Source of the DNA: Bythopirellula sp.
GTDB taxonomy: Bacteria; Planctomycetota; Planctomycetia; Pirellulales; Lacipirellulaceae
Reading direction: 5' to 3'
Assembly (NCBI GenBank): GCA_965216565.1
Contig: OZ244170.1
Coordinates: forward strand, 1,120,001-1,184,000
Length of the DNA: 64,000 nucleotides
Under the pieces are notes generated by a model. That model had not been told where the DNA came from. It saw only the letters and a list, made by a program, of their open reading frames with translations, and did not search any database. The translations under genes and the position numbers were made by a program. Positions 1-9,339 of this stretch are shown here, in pieces; position 1 is the stretch's first letter; each line of letters opens with the position of its first letter.

Positions 1-473
1 ATAGCTACGGCGACAACGTCTACTACGAAGGCGATAATGTTTACTACGGAGATCAAGCCGTCGCTACAACCGAAGAGTACGCTCAACAAGCTCAAGGCAT
101 CGTCGAGTCAACCACAGAGGTTCCCGACGATTCAGAATGGTTGTCTCTCAGCGTGTTCGCTTTGACCCAGGACGGCGAATCCTCCGGACCGACGCCCACA
201 CTCTTCTTGCAACTGATGGTCAGTAAAGATGGTGTCCTCTCTGGGACCTTTTACAACAACGACACCGACGAGTCTCAGGAAATTGAGGGTGCGGTGGACC
301 AAAAATCGCAGCGAGCTGCCTGGGTGGTGAAAGACCAGCAGTGGCCGATCATGGAGACAGGACTGGACAACCTCACCAAAGACGAAGCCCCTGCACTACT
401 ACACTTTGGCGACGGCCAGACGCAACAATGGTTGATAGTGAGAATGGAAGACCCGGATAAAAGCGATCAATAA
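1..473 (+). CDS. Planctomycete-type hypothetical protein ('protocadherin'-annotated family), C-terminal part; 5' end lies outside the window
   Basis: Frame 3 is open from the window edge (SYGDNVYYEGDNVYYGDQAVATTEEYAQQA...) and continues into ORF 141..473; ends with WPIMETGLDNLTKDEAPALLHFG..QQWL. Confidence 0.7.
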   Translation, partial: SYGDNVYYEGDNVYYGDQAVATTEEYAQQAQGIVESTTEVPDDSEWLSLSVFALTQDGESSGPTPTLFLQLMVSKDGVLSGTFYNNDTDESQEIEGAVDQKSQRAAWVVKDQQWPIMETGLDNLTKDEAPALLHFGDGQTQQWLIVRMEDPDKSDQ

Positions 474-510
474 TTCTTAGTCTTATGAAATGAAGTGCTT
501 GCCACAGTAC

Positions 511-715
511 GTAGGGTGTGCCAATGCAACGCGGCGGCACACCGTGAACGTTGATTTCGAGCTCACACTAACGGTGGGCCTGACGGCGCCACCCTACGAG
601 CAAGCTGCCGCAGAACAAACTATCCCCGGCATTTTCGGCATGCCCCTATGCGGTACTGCTTAATCGCACCGCATTGCGGAAGATGGTGCGTTTTGCTTTG
701 CTGCACGCACCCTAC
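511..715. repeat. Cluster of GTAG-type REP palindromes (REPIN-like doublets)
   Basis: GTAGGGTGTGCC..GGCACACCG (511-544) faces CGGTGGGCC..GCCACCCTAC (572-597); a further GGTGCG..CGCACCCTAC copy at about 684-715. Confidence 0.75.
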
Positions 716-721
716 ACCACT

Positions 722-753
722 TTTCTCTGCGCCTCCGCGACTCTGCGAGAAAC
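722..753. repeat. 9-bp-periodic intergenic repeat (CTCTGCGCCTCCGCGACTCTGCGAG)
   Basis: Three degenerate CTCYGCG units with 9-bp spacing. Confidence 0.5.
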
Positions 754-874
754 CCAAGCCAACACGACTTTGCCGATCATGCCGCTGAAACCGGCAAGCT
801 TCCGCCTCCTCGTCCTTCAATCGCCCAGCGACCAATGTCCGTCTCTGACCTCCGCCCCTGAATCCTGATACAAT

Positions 875-2062
875 ATGGGAATGGAAAACGATTGGTCCCC
901 GCAGTTTGTGTTTGTCGTCTGTCAGCCCGGCGCGGAGCGTGCGCTGAAAAATCAGCTGGCCGAGCAGATGCCGAATTTGCGGCCTGCCTTTTCGCGGCCT
1001 GGGTTTGTCACCTTCAAACTAGACCAGCCCTGCACCGAGCCGAGTAAGTTTCAGTTGAACTCGCCGTTTGCTCGCACATTTGGGTTTTGCTTGGGGAAAG
1101 TGACGGGCGATGATTCCAGCAGGATGGCGCGCGACGTTTGGTCGTTGCCGGAAGTCGAAGAGTATTTGGGCGCCCATGCCAACGATGATCTGCATGTCTT
1201 TTCTAGGGAGAAATCACCGCCAGGAGACAGTAGCTCCGAACCGGGACCAACCTTGGAAACGCTTGCCATCGAAGGTGCGTTGCGTCGCGAAAGCCCGCTT
1301 GAAAAGCTGGAACCGGAAGTGAAGGATCCTCGCGATCCCAGCCGACGCAATCGATGGGTGATGGACGTGATTATCGTCGAGTCGGGCGAGTGGTGGGTCG
1401 GTTGCCATCGCACCAACCGACGCAGCGACTGCTGGCCCGGTGGGGTCACGCAAATTGAACTTCCAGAGCACGCGGTCAGTCGTGCTTATTTGAAAATGCA
1501 GGAAGCGCTCGAGTGGTCGGCGCTTCCCATGTCTACCGGCGATGTCTGCTTGGAACTCGGTTGTGCGCCCGGCGGCGCTTCGCAAACGTTGCTCGATGCG
1601 GGTTTGACGGTGATTGGTGTCGACCCGGCGGAAGTGAATCCGTTGCTGCTGGAACATCCGGACTTCACGCATGTGCAGCGGCGGGCAGTGGAAGTGCCGC
1701 GTAAAATGTTGCAAGGCGTCGCATGGCTGGCGGCGGACATCAACGCAGCACCGGCTTACACCTTGGATGCCGTGGAGGCGATGGTGACCCATAGCGAGGC
1801 GTCGATTCGCGGGATGATCGTCACGCTGAAACTGTCTGATTGGAATTTGGCGGCAGAGATCCCCAAATATCTCGAACGGATTCGTAGTTGGGGCTACCGA
1901 GATATTCGGGTACGTCAATTGGCTTTTAATGGCCAGGAGATTTGTGTGGTAGCACTCCGCAGCCGGGGCCAGCGACGCATGCTCCGCAAGCAACGCCGCA
2001 GACGCCGTTTCGATCGTGCCGAGTCGGGTGGTCCCAAGCGGCCGCATTCCTCGCATTCGTAG
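875..2062 (+). CDS. SAM-dependent RNA 2'-O-methyltransferase, RlmM/FtsJ-like
   Basis: N-terminal CQPGAE/RPGFVTF region, SRAYLK motif, SAM-binding ELGCAPGG, VDP, and TLK catalytic lysine. Confidence 0.75.
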   Translation: MGMENDWSPQFVFVVCQPGAERALKNQLAEQMPNLRPAFSRPGFVTFKLDQPCTEPSKFQLNSPFARTFGFCLGKVTGDDSSRMARDVWSLPEVEEYLGAHANDDLHVFSREKSPPGDSSSEPGPTLETLAIEGALRRESPLEKLEPEVKDPRDPSRRNRWVMDVIIVESGEWWVGCHRTNRRSDCWPGGVTQIELPEHAVSRAYLKMQEALEWSALPMSTGDVCLELGCAPGGASQTLLDAGLTVIGVDPAEVNPLLLEHPDFTHVQRRAVEVPRKMLQGVAWLAADINAAPAYTLDAVEAMVTHSEASIRGMIVTLKLSDWNLAAEIPKYLERIRSWGYRDIRVRQLAFNGQEICVVALRSRGQRRMLRKQRRRRRFDRAESGGPKRPHSSHS

Positions 2063-2257
2063 TAAAAACCGGTTTCCGCAAGATCTGATTTATACAAGAT
2101 GTTGTGTGAATGTGTTTTTGTCATACAGCCGGTAGTTTTAGCTGTCGCCGATAGCAGGTCGATCGAGCTTGACGCCAGGGGGCCAGAAAAGTACTTATCT
2201 GCTCCCGTTCTCGCCCGGAACAGAACGGTCCGCGAACCGCATTGAGCAAGGCCTCCC

Positions 2258-3481
2258 GTGACTCGCTTCTTTTCTATTCTGTTTTTGCTGTTTGCCTGGT
2301 TGGGTGCGGAACTGGTGTGCGCCCAACGCGTGCAGTTTCCGTCCGCAGCGCCGAATATCACTCCGCCCACCTACAACCCCACGCCGCAACCGGTTCTGCC
2401 GAGTTTCGATCCGTATGGCAATCCGCTGTTGGGGACGCCACCACCGGATGTGCCGTACAACGTTTCCCCCCAGTTTGCTCCGCAAATCTTACCTCCGGTA
2501 GCCGGCCCCAGCACCGCGCCGGGCAGCTTTGTCGCCCCGCCACCGGTCGCCCAACCCGGTATTCCCCAGCAAGGTGGCTCGATTTACCCCAATGGCTTGC
2601 CGTTTCAATGGGAATCGGGAGCGTATCAACATCAAAACTCCGACGGAACCGTAGCCCGCCTGCAACGACTCCTGCAACAAATCAGCGCCGAGCATACCTG
2701 GATCTACGGAAACGATACCGTGGATGCCTTGGAGATCAATCGAACCGAAATCGCCGCGACCTTTGGCGTTCCCATTTTCTACAACCCCGATACACCGCTG
2801 CTGATTACGCCAGGATTTGCTTTCAACTGGCTAGATGGTCCGATCTTTGTGGATCCCAACGATCCGAATACCCCGGGTGCCGGGGCGGATTTGCCGCCGC
2901 GGGTCTATGACGCTTATCTCGATTTCGCCTGGCATCCGCAACTTACCGACTGGTTGTCGGCCGATTTGGGCGTACGAACAGGTGTGTGGACTGACTTTGA
3001 AGAAGTGAACTCCGATTCCATTCGAATTCTGGGCCGTGGACTGGGTGTGGTTTCTCTGACGCCTCAGTTCGATTTTCTAGTAGGAGTTTGGTATCTAGAT
3101 CGCAATCGGGTAACGTTGCTGCCTGCCGGCGGCGTTCACTGGCGGCCAAGTCCAGAGCTGGATGCCTATCTCGTATTTCCAAATCCCAAGATCCGCAAAC
3201 GCTGGATCAACTTTGGGCCCAGCCAGTGGTGGCTCTATGCATCAGGCGAATACGGCGGTGGGCGCTGGACCATCGAACGCATGGACGGACGAGGTGACGA
3301 TTTCGATTACAACGACGTGCGGGTTATCCTAGGTGCCGAGTGGGAAACGCAAACTCAAATGCACGGCTTCATCGAAGTTGGCTACGTCTTTGCTCGGGAG
3401 CTTATTTACGATGGCACGAAGGACCCCTTCGATTTCAATCTCGACTCGAGCATCATGGTCCGGACAGGCTTCGATCTGTGA
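2258..3481 (+). CDS. Putative outer-membrane beta-barrel protein with Pro-rich N-terminus (paralogue 1)
   Basis: GTG start, signal peptide, Pro-rich linker, alternating amphipathic strands, C-terminal VRTGFDL. Confidence 0.7.
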   Translation: MTRFFSILFLLFAWLGAELVCAQRVQFPSAAPNITPPTYNPTPQPVLPSFDPYGNPLLGTPPPDVPYNVSPQFAPQILPPVAGPSTAPGSFVAPPPVAQPGIPQQGGSIYPNGLPFQWESGAYQHQNSDGTVARLQRLLQQISAEHTWIYGNDTVDALEINRTEIAATFGVPIFYNPDTPLLITPGFAFNWLDGPIFVDPNDPNTPGAGADLPPRVYDAYLDFAWHPQLTDWLSADLGVRTGVWTDFEEVNSDSIRILGRGLGVVSLTPQFDFLVGVWYLDRNRVTLLPAGGVHWRPSPELDAYLVFPNPKIRKRWINFGPSQWWLYASGEYGGGRWTIERMDGRGDDFDYNDVRVILGAEWETQTQMHGFIEVGYVFARELIYDGTKDPFDFNLDSSIMVRTGFDL

Positions 3482-4605
3482 TGAATGATTGCGGCTCAGC
3501 CCAGCGAATAATCTGTGCCAGTAGGGTTGCGTGGGTTCGAAGCCTGGTCGTTACTCTAGTTGTCTGCTGCCCGTTTAAGACAGCTTGTTCTCAGCCGCCT
3601 CCGCTCGTGTCGAGCGAATCGAACTGGGGAGGGACGCTGGTGCCCTCTGCAGTACCGCACCAGCCCAGCTCGCTCTTGGTTCAGCCCTCTGCGGTTGGCC
3701 AACCGTTGATCCTCGACGACTGCGCGGTGTGCGACCCCGCACTTCAACCCACGCAATTGTCAACGGAATTGGTCCCCGCCGTGCCTGCCCAGCCGCAATT
3801 GCCGCCCGGCACACGAGCGGGCGTATTCCAAAAACTCTTCATCTCAGGAACCTGGCTTCCGCAATTAAGCGACGACAGCCTGGGTGTCAGCAACTTGCGA
3901 GGCGGGGTGGTGCTGGGCTTCCCCTTCTTGCGGCGTGATACTCCGCTGTTGGTGACACCAAGATTCGGTGTGAATTACCTCGACGGGACCGTTACCCCCG
4001 ACTTGCCGCCGCGGCTTTACGATGCGGAAGTGGAATTCCGTCACCTCCGAAAATTCGGCCAAGGCCCCTGGGCAATGGATGCAGCCGTGACGGTCGGGTA
4101 CTACAGCGACTTCGAGCGTAGCAGTTCCGACGCCGTACGGGTCAGCGGTCGTGGCATTGGCGTTTACGAACCGAATCCGGGAACAAAGTGGCTTTTAGGT
4201 GTTGCTTATGTGAATCGCTCAGGCTTGCGAGTATTTCCCGTGGTGGGAGTGATTCACGAAGATCCCGACAGCGCCATGCGCTGGGACCTGATCTTCCCTC
4301 GCCCCAGAGTTTCGTGGCGACTGCCCGGTGGCATTCCTGGTAGCGGCGACGAGCGTTGGTTCTACGTGGGCGGGGAGTTTGGTGGGGGAATTTGGACCAT
4401 CGAACGTCCTGTTGCGCTTATCGAAGATGAACTTACCTATAGCGACGTGCGTGTGCTTGTGGGATACGAACGAAAGATAATTGGCGGACTGAGTCGACGA
4501 TTGGAAGCCGGCTATGTATTTGCTCGCGACCTGGAATTCGCCAGTGCGACTCCGGACGTATCGCTTGATGACACCTTATTCGTCCGCATGGGGCTAAGCT
4601 ACTAA
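3481..4605 (+). CDS. Putative outer-membrane beta-barrel protein (paralogue 2)
   Basis: ATG overlaps the upstream TGA (TGATG); shares DTPLL.TP, DLPPR.YDA and GE.GGG.WTIER with 2258..3481; C-terminal VRMGLSY. Confidence 0.7.
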   Translation: MNDCGSAQRIICASRVAWVRSLVVTLVVCCPFKTACSQPPPLVSSESNWGGTLVPSAVPHQPSSLLVQPSAVGQPLILDDCAVCDPALQPTQLSTELVPAVPAQPQLPPGTRAGVFQKLFISGTWLPQLSDDSLGVSNLRGGVVLGFPFLRRDTPLLVTPRFGVNYLDGTVTPDLPPRLYDAEVEFRHLRKFGQGPWAMDAAVTVGYYSDFERSSSDAVRVSGRGIGVYEPNPGTKWLLGVAYVNRSGLRVFPVVGVIHEDPDSAMRWDLIFPRPRVSWRLPGGIPGSGDERWFYVGGEFGGGIWTIERPVALIEDELTYSDVRVLVGYERKIIGGLSRRLEAGYVFARDLEFASATPDVSLDDTLFVRMGLSY

Positions 4606-4671
4606 GAGTCATTTACATCAAACGTGTGCCAAATTGATTTTGAGACTGTTTCCAACTACCTCGAAGGGTGA

Positions 4672-4762
4672 GCTTGAAATGGGGACTGGCTCCTGATGGC
4701 GACAGGATGTGTCGTGATCATCAATGCGTAGCCGCCATCATGTGCCCGTTCCTATTTCAAGC
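4672..4762. repeat. MITE/REP-like palindromic element (GGGACTGGCTC...GTGCCCGTTCC family variant)
   Basis: Terminal inverted repeats GCTTGAAAT/ATTTCAAGC and inner TGATGGCG/CGCCATCA. Confidence 0.6.
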
Positions 4763-4782
4763 GGGGGTACCATTGGGCCGCC

Positions 4783-4862
4783 GAAAAAAGGGACAGGCAC
4801 GACGACGCTGAGTGAGCTACGGGCTTGAACCGTTCTAGTGCATCGAGCCAGTCCCTTTTTTC
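4783..4862. repeat. About 80-bp MITE-like element, copy 1
   Basis: GAAAAAAGGGACAGGCACGA...TCGAGCCAGTCCCTTTTTTC; its reverse complement aligns with 7764-7845. Confidence 0.75.
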
Positions 4863-4964
4863 GACTCCTTACACTACTTCTTGCAGCTGGCTGCGCCTTG
4901 GCGAGAAATTTCGCCGAACTTGTCGACTAGGCAGCGCCTGCCTTACAAAGCTAGAATCGTCCGC

Positions 4965-6080
4965 ATGGCGGAGAATTCTTCTACAAGCTTCCCGAAACCC
5001 GAGCGTCTGATCAGTCTCGATGCGCTGCGGGGATTCGACATGTTTTGGATCATCGGCGGCGAATCGATTGCCCATGCCGCGGCTAAGCTGACTGGTTGGG
5101 CGGGACTCGTGTGGTTGAGTGACCAATTGGTTCATCCCGAGTGGCACGGCTTTACGTTTTACGATCTGATCTTTCCGCTCTTCTTATTTCTCGCTGGCGT
5201 TTCGATGCCGTACTCGTTTGAGAAACGCCTAGCGCGTGGCGACTCGCAAGGTGAAATGTATCGACATATTGTCACACGGGGAGTTGTCCTTGTGCTTCTA
5301 GGCTGGGTCTACAGCGGCATCCTGAAGTTTGACTTCGAGAATATGCGCTATCCCAGCGTGCTGGGGCGGATTGGTTTGGCATGGATGTTCGCGGCGCTCA
5401 TATTCATGAATACCGAGCTGCGTGGGCGTATCGTCTGGATCGTCGGCTTGCTGATCGGATATTGGGCGGCGCTGAAGTTTATCCCGGTGCCTGGATTTGG
5501 TGCCGGTGATCTGGAACCCGGGCATACGCTTACCGACTATGTTGACCGGACTTTGATTCCAGGACGACTCTACAAGGGCGACCGCGATCCCGAGGGAATC
5601 TTAGGGATCGTGCCAGCTGTCGCAACGGCACTGGCCGGAGCGCTGACAGGGCTGTGGCTGAAGAGCGAAAAGAGTGGCTACTACAAAACCGTAGCAATGG
5701 CCTTGGCGGGCGTGTTGTGTCTGGGGCTGGCGTGGTTGTGGAATTTCGATTTCCCGATCAACAAAAACCTCTGGTCCAGCTCGTTCGTCCTACACTGCGC
5801 TGGTTGGAGCTTGTTGCTGCTAGCCGCGTTTTATCTGGTGATTGACGTTTGGAAATGGCAGCGGTGGTCGTTTTTCTTTGTCGTGATCGGTGCCAATTCA
5901 ATCCTGATCTACATGGCCCAGCGGTTAATCGACTTTCGATATACCACGAAGTTTCTGTTTAGCGGATTGCTGGAACTCAGCGGCGACTATAGCACGTTGC
6001 TTTTTGCCGTGGCACTTGTGGCGGTGAAGTGGTTATTTCTGTATGTGATGTACCGGAAGAAGATTTTCTTGCGGGTTTGA
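4965..6080 (+). CDS. Membrane acyltransferase, HGSNAT/NagX-like (DUF5009 family)
   Basis: RLISLDALRGFDM, H..W.G.T.YDLIFPLFLF, DPEG and INKNLWSSS motifs; many TM helices; start taken at ATG 4965. Confidence 0.85.
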   Translation: MAENSSTSFPKPERLISLDALRGFDMFWIIGGESIAHAAAKLTGWAGLVWLSDQLVHPEWHGFTFYDLIFPLFLFLAGVSMPYSFEKRLARGDSQGEMYRHIVTRGVVLVLLGWVYSGILKFDFENMRYPSVLGRIGLAWMFAALIFMNTELRGRIVWIVGLLIGYWAALKFIPVPGFGAGDLEPGHTLTDYVDRTLIPGRLYKGDRDPEGILGIVPAVATALAGALTGLWLKSEKSGYYKTVAMALAGVLCLGLAWLWNFDFPINKNLWSSSFVLHCAGWSLLLLAAFYLVIDVWKWQRWSFFFVVIGANSILIYMAQRLIDFRYTTKFLFSGLLELSGDYSTLLFAVALVAVKWLFLYVMYRKKIFLRV

Positions 6081-6106
6081 CCATTTTGCGTCACGCTATT
6101 GCTTTC

Positions 6107-6730
6107 TCATTGCTTCATCTTGTCAGTCAGCTTCAGGCTCTTCCACAGTTGATCGATCAGGTGCTTTTCTTTTTCGTAGTTGTCCTTTTCGACGAAAGTG
6201 ACAACTAGCAAACCCTTGTCCTTCTTGCCGTACGCCAGCACGCTGCGGGTCCATTCTTCGCCGGTATAAGTGGTGATGGCTTTCTTACCCTTGAATTCCA
6301 CGTCGCCCACCTTCTTAGAGATTAGTACTTCTTTGAGCTTATAGCCATACTCGACTTCTTCTTTGGTGAGTTCCTTCACCATCATGTCGATTAGGCTGGA
6401 GGGATCCATTTGGTGGTATTCCTGGACCAGGATGCCCGTACCCATTGGAGTCATGATGGCGGTTTGCAGGAGGCCTTCGCCCAAGTCGGTGCGGTTGGGG
6501 CGAAATTGGTTTTTGTGTTCAAAGGTGAACAAGTCTGCTTGGAACTCAAGATATTCCTTTTGCTTCAAGTTCAGCTTCAGTTCCGTTCCGTCAGCCAGCT
6601 TTACTGTAGATTCCTTGTCGAGGCTCAGCTCATGATCTTTGCCATTGATTGAAAGCACGTAGTCACCGGCAATAGCCGAAGTCGAACAGAGAAGTAGCAA
6701 AGCAACGAACGCCAGTCGAACGGAAGGCAT
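6107..6730 (-). CDS. Secreted hypothetical protein
   Basis: ATG at 6730 with signal peptide MPSVRLAFVALLLLCSTSAIA. Confidence 0.65.
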   Translation of the reverse strand: MPSVRLAFVALLLLCSTSAIAGDYVLSINGKDHELSLDKESTVKLADGTELKLNLKQKEYLEFQADLFTFEHKNQFRPNRTDLGEGLLQTAIMTPMGTGILVQEYHQMDPSSLIDMMVKELTKEEVEYGYKLKEVLISKKVGDVEFKGKKAITTYTGEEWTRSVLAYGKKDKGLLVVTFVEKDNYEKEKHLIDQLWKSLKLTDKMKQ

Positions 6731-6871
6731 GTTTAACTCCTGATATTTGGCTGAGATCGGGGAGGGAGAGGACTGCCTAATTCTATCCCATGCTTTCGAT
6801 AGTGGGGAGAGAAATTGACGGCGAGTGCAAAGCGATTCGAGTTTTTTGACGCGAATAATTGCCCTGGGCAA

Positions 6872-7663
6872 TCAATCTGATGCCACCAGCCAGGCGACCT
6901 CTACCGTAGCCACGAGATTCATAACGCCGTGAATAACGATGCAAGGAACGATCGTACCGGTGGAATGCCGGATAACAGTTAGGAGGATCCCACCTACGAA
7001 AATGATCGTGATGAAGTACAAATCGTATTGCACATGAAGTGCCGCCCACATCAAGGAAGTCACAATCGCTGTACCAGGGAGTCCCAGTTTCGAGTTGATC
7101 AGGCCTTGGTGCAGGAAGCCGCGAAAGATAATTTCTTCGATTAGTGGCGCTGCAACCACCAGGGCCAACCAGAAAAGTGGTAAGATCCCGGCGCTTGAAT
7201 AGACCTCGATCATAAACTCTGGCACGACATCGCGTCCCAAAACCCAGGTTAGGCCATCCATTCCGGCGATGAATATGAGTGTCCCAAGAATAGACGCGGC
7301 GATTGTCTTTGCCGTTGGCATACGAAACCCCAGATAATCGAGTGGATCCTTGGAGTCGAATAGGAACGTCATCGCCACGACTACAGGGATGATCACCGTG
7401 GCAGTCGTCAGCGTGCAGGTCGCGAAGAACAGCCCGTTCATTTCAATATCCTGACCCCAACGATCGATATCAAAATCTCTGTTCGTGGCAAATTCGTAGG
7501 CCATAAAGGCCATCGTGGTGATGACCGAAACGATCAGGTAAACAACGCACAGCACTAAGAACAGTGCTAGAGATAGCCAAGGGCGACTAACCGGCTTTTG
7601 CGAAACGTGGAGTTCATCTGGATCGTCGATGATCTCCAGCAAAACTTCTTCATCGAGGCTCAT
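6872..7663 (-). CDS. CPBP family intramembrane glutamic endopeptidase (Abi/CAAX type II)
   Basis: EEIIFRG, WAALH and H..MN motifs in a multi-TM protein. Confidence 0.88.
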   Translation of the reverse strand: MSLDEEVLLEIIDDPDELHVSQKPVSRPWLSLALFLVLCVVYLIVSVITTMAFMAYEFATNRDFDIDRWGQDIEMNGLFFATCTLTTATVIIPVVVAMTFLFDSKDPLDYLGFRMPTAKTIAASILGTLIFIAGMDGLTWVLGRDVVPEFMIEVYSSAGILPLFWLALVVAAPLIEEIIFRGFLHQGLINSKLGLPGTAIVTSLMWAALHVQYDLYFITIIFVGGILLTVIRHSTGTIVPCIVIHGVMNLVATVEVAWLVASD

Positions 7664-7763
7664 AACGCTCTGCCGTCGGGTAAGGGGATGTGATAGGACT
7701 ATGTTACACTCTACTTGCAAAAATCTTACCGAACTCTAATGCTACAGAGCAGGGTTGTGAGTT

Positions 7764-7845
7764 GAAAAAAAGGGACTGGCTCGACGCTCGAATACGATTT
7801 GAGCCCTCAGCACACCCAGTGTGGTCGTGCCTGTCCCTTTTTTTC
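7764..7845. repeat. About 80-bp MITE-like element, copy 2 (inverted relative to copy 1)
   Basis: GAAAAAAAGGGACTGGCTCGA...TCGTGCCTGTCCCTTTTTTTC. Confidence 0.75.
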
Positions 7846-7909
7846 GACGGTCCATTTCAAGCTCATCCTGCACTGTAGCACTAGCCAGTGCATCAAAAGG
7901 AGATTAACT

Positions 7910-8275
7910 ATGCCAATGCACATCGACTCACCGAGCAAGATCGTTGCGGCAGGCAACAAGCCCAAGCAGATCGAAGAGTTTGTCGGTCGGGTAAATTCGA
8001 AGAATGACAACGTGAGCATTGCCCGCATGGTCTCGCCGGCAGGGTGGGTCGAGCCCGCGCAGCGACCGGAATTCGAGGAATACACAGTTGTCTTAAAAGG
8101 AATGCTGCGCGTGGAATCGGCGGAGGGTACACTCGACGTCCATGCCGGCCAGGCGGTGATTACATCGCCGGGTGAGGAAGTCCGCTATAGCACGCCGGGG
8201 TCGGAAGGTGCCGAGTACATCGCGGTGTGTCTGCCCGCGTTTAGTCCAGAGACAGTGCATCGCTTTGAGGAATAG
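7910..8275 (+). CDS. Cupin-domain protein (EutQ-like)
   Basis: RBS AAGGAG before the ATG; PKQIEEFVGRVN, GW.EP.QRPEFEEYTVVL.G, CLPAFSP. Confidence 0.8.
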   Translation: MPMHIDSPSKIVAAGNKPKQIEEFVGRVNSKNDNVSIARMVSPAGWVEPAQRPEFEEYTVVLKGMLRVESAEGTLDVHAGQAVITSPGEEVRYSTPGSEGAEYIAVCLPAFSPETVHRFEE

Positions 8276-8353
8276 GAGCGGTCTTAGCTTAAAAGCCAAG
8301 TTGTTTGAGCCGTAGGCGCTAGCCTCGGGTGCTAAGGCGGCTGGCTTCCTTAG

Positions 8354-9229
8354 TTATTTCGCCATCGCCCGTTGTAATGCGGTGCCCATATCGGCGGGGC
8401 TTTGGGCGACTTCAATTCCAGCGTCTTCTAGGGCGGCGATTTTTTCTTCAGCGGTGCCTTTGCCACCGGAGATGATCGCACCCGCGTGGCCCATCCGTTT
8501 GCCGGGAGGAGCCGTGCGACCGGCGATGAATGCGGCCACCGGCTTGGTGACATTCTCTTTCACAAACGCGGCGGCTTCTTCTTCGGCAGTGCCGCCGATC
8601 TCGCCGATCATGATAATGGCCTCGGTTTCGCTGTCTTCCTGGAACATCGTCAAAAGATCGATAAACGATGTGCCAACGATAGGGTCGCCCCCCAAGCCCA
8701 CGCAAGTTGTTTGGCCCAGACCCACATTAGAAAGCTGCCACACGGCCTCGTAGGTGAGCGTACCGCTACGGCTCATCACGCCGACGGTCCCCTTTTTGTG
8801 GATGTAGCCGGGCATGATGCCCATCTTGCACTCGTCAGCAGTGATGACACCCGGGCAGTTGGGTCCAACCAAATGCACGTCGTCGCGGTCGCGAATCACA
8901 TCGTACACGCGGACCATGTCCATGACGGGGACACCTTCGGTAATGGCGACAATCGTCTTAATGCCGGCATCGACCGCCTCCAAGATGGCATCTGCAGTAA
9001 ACGCGGGGGGGACGAAAATCATACTGGCGTCGACGCCTTGCTTCTCTACGGCTTCCACCACCGTATCGTAAACCGGTACGCCCAACGTTTCCTGGCCACC
9101 TTTACCTGGAGTGACCCCAGCGACGAGCTTCGTTCCGTATTCGATACAGTTCTTGCTGTGGAATTCACCTGCACGTCCAGTGATTCCCTGGCAAACGACT
9201 TTGGTATTCTTGTCAATGAGAATGCTCAT
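8354..9229 (-). CDS. sucD: Succinyl-CoA ligase alpha subunit
   Basis: [20 protein letters not shown] and phosphohistidine motif RMGHAGA. Confidence 0.97.
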   Translation of the reverse strand: MSILIDKNTKVVCQGITGRAGEFHSKNCIEYGTKLVAGVTPGKGGQETLGVPVYDTVVEAVEKQGVDASMIFVPPAFTADAILEAVDAGIKTIVAITEGVPVMDMVRVYDVIRDRDDVHLVGPNCPGVITADECKMGIMPGYIHKKGTVGVMSRSGTLTYEAVWQLSNVGLGQTTCVGLGGDPIVGTSFIDLLTMFQEDSETEAIIMIGEIGGTAEEEAAAFVKENVTKPVAAFIAGRTAPPGKRMGHAGAIISGGKGTAEEKIAALEDAGIEVAQSPADMGTALQRAMAK

Positions 9230-9237
9230 ACTAGATT

Positions 9238-9310
9238 AACCACGACGACACTAACGGCACTAAGCCTGTGTTCGTCGTGTTTCCTTTGTGTTCTTTGTGT
9301 CTTTGTGGTT
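9238..9310. repeat. Inverted pair of 9-bp-periodic repeats (AACCACnAnGnCACnAAG type) between sucC and sucD
   Basis: AACCACGACGACACTAACGGCACTAAG versus the reverse complement of CTTTGTGTTCTTTGTGTCTTTGTGGTT. Confidence 0.65.
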
Positions 9311-9339
9311 CAACTATCAGCTCTAGTTCAATATGGGAA

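Noticed and set aside
1214..2056. 280-aa minus-strand ORF
   Set aside because: Antisense shadow of the methyltransferase
6872..7663. Phage-defence (Abi) role for the CPBP protein
   Set aside because: The Abi label of this family does not establish abortive infection, and there is no defence-island context
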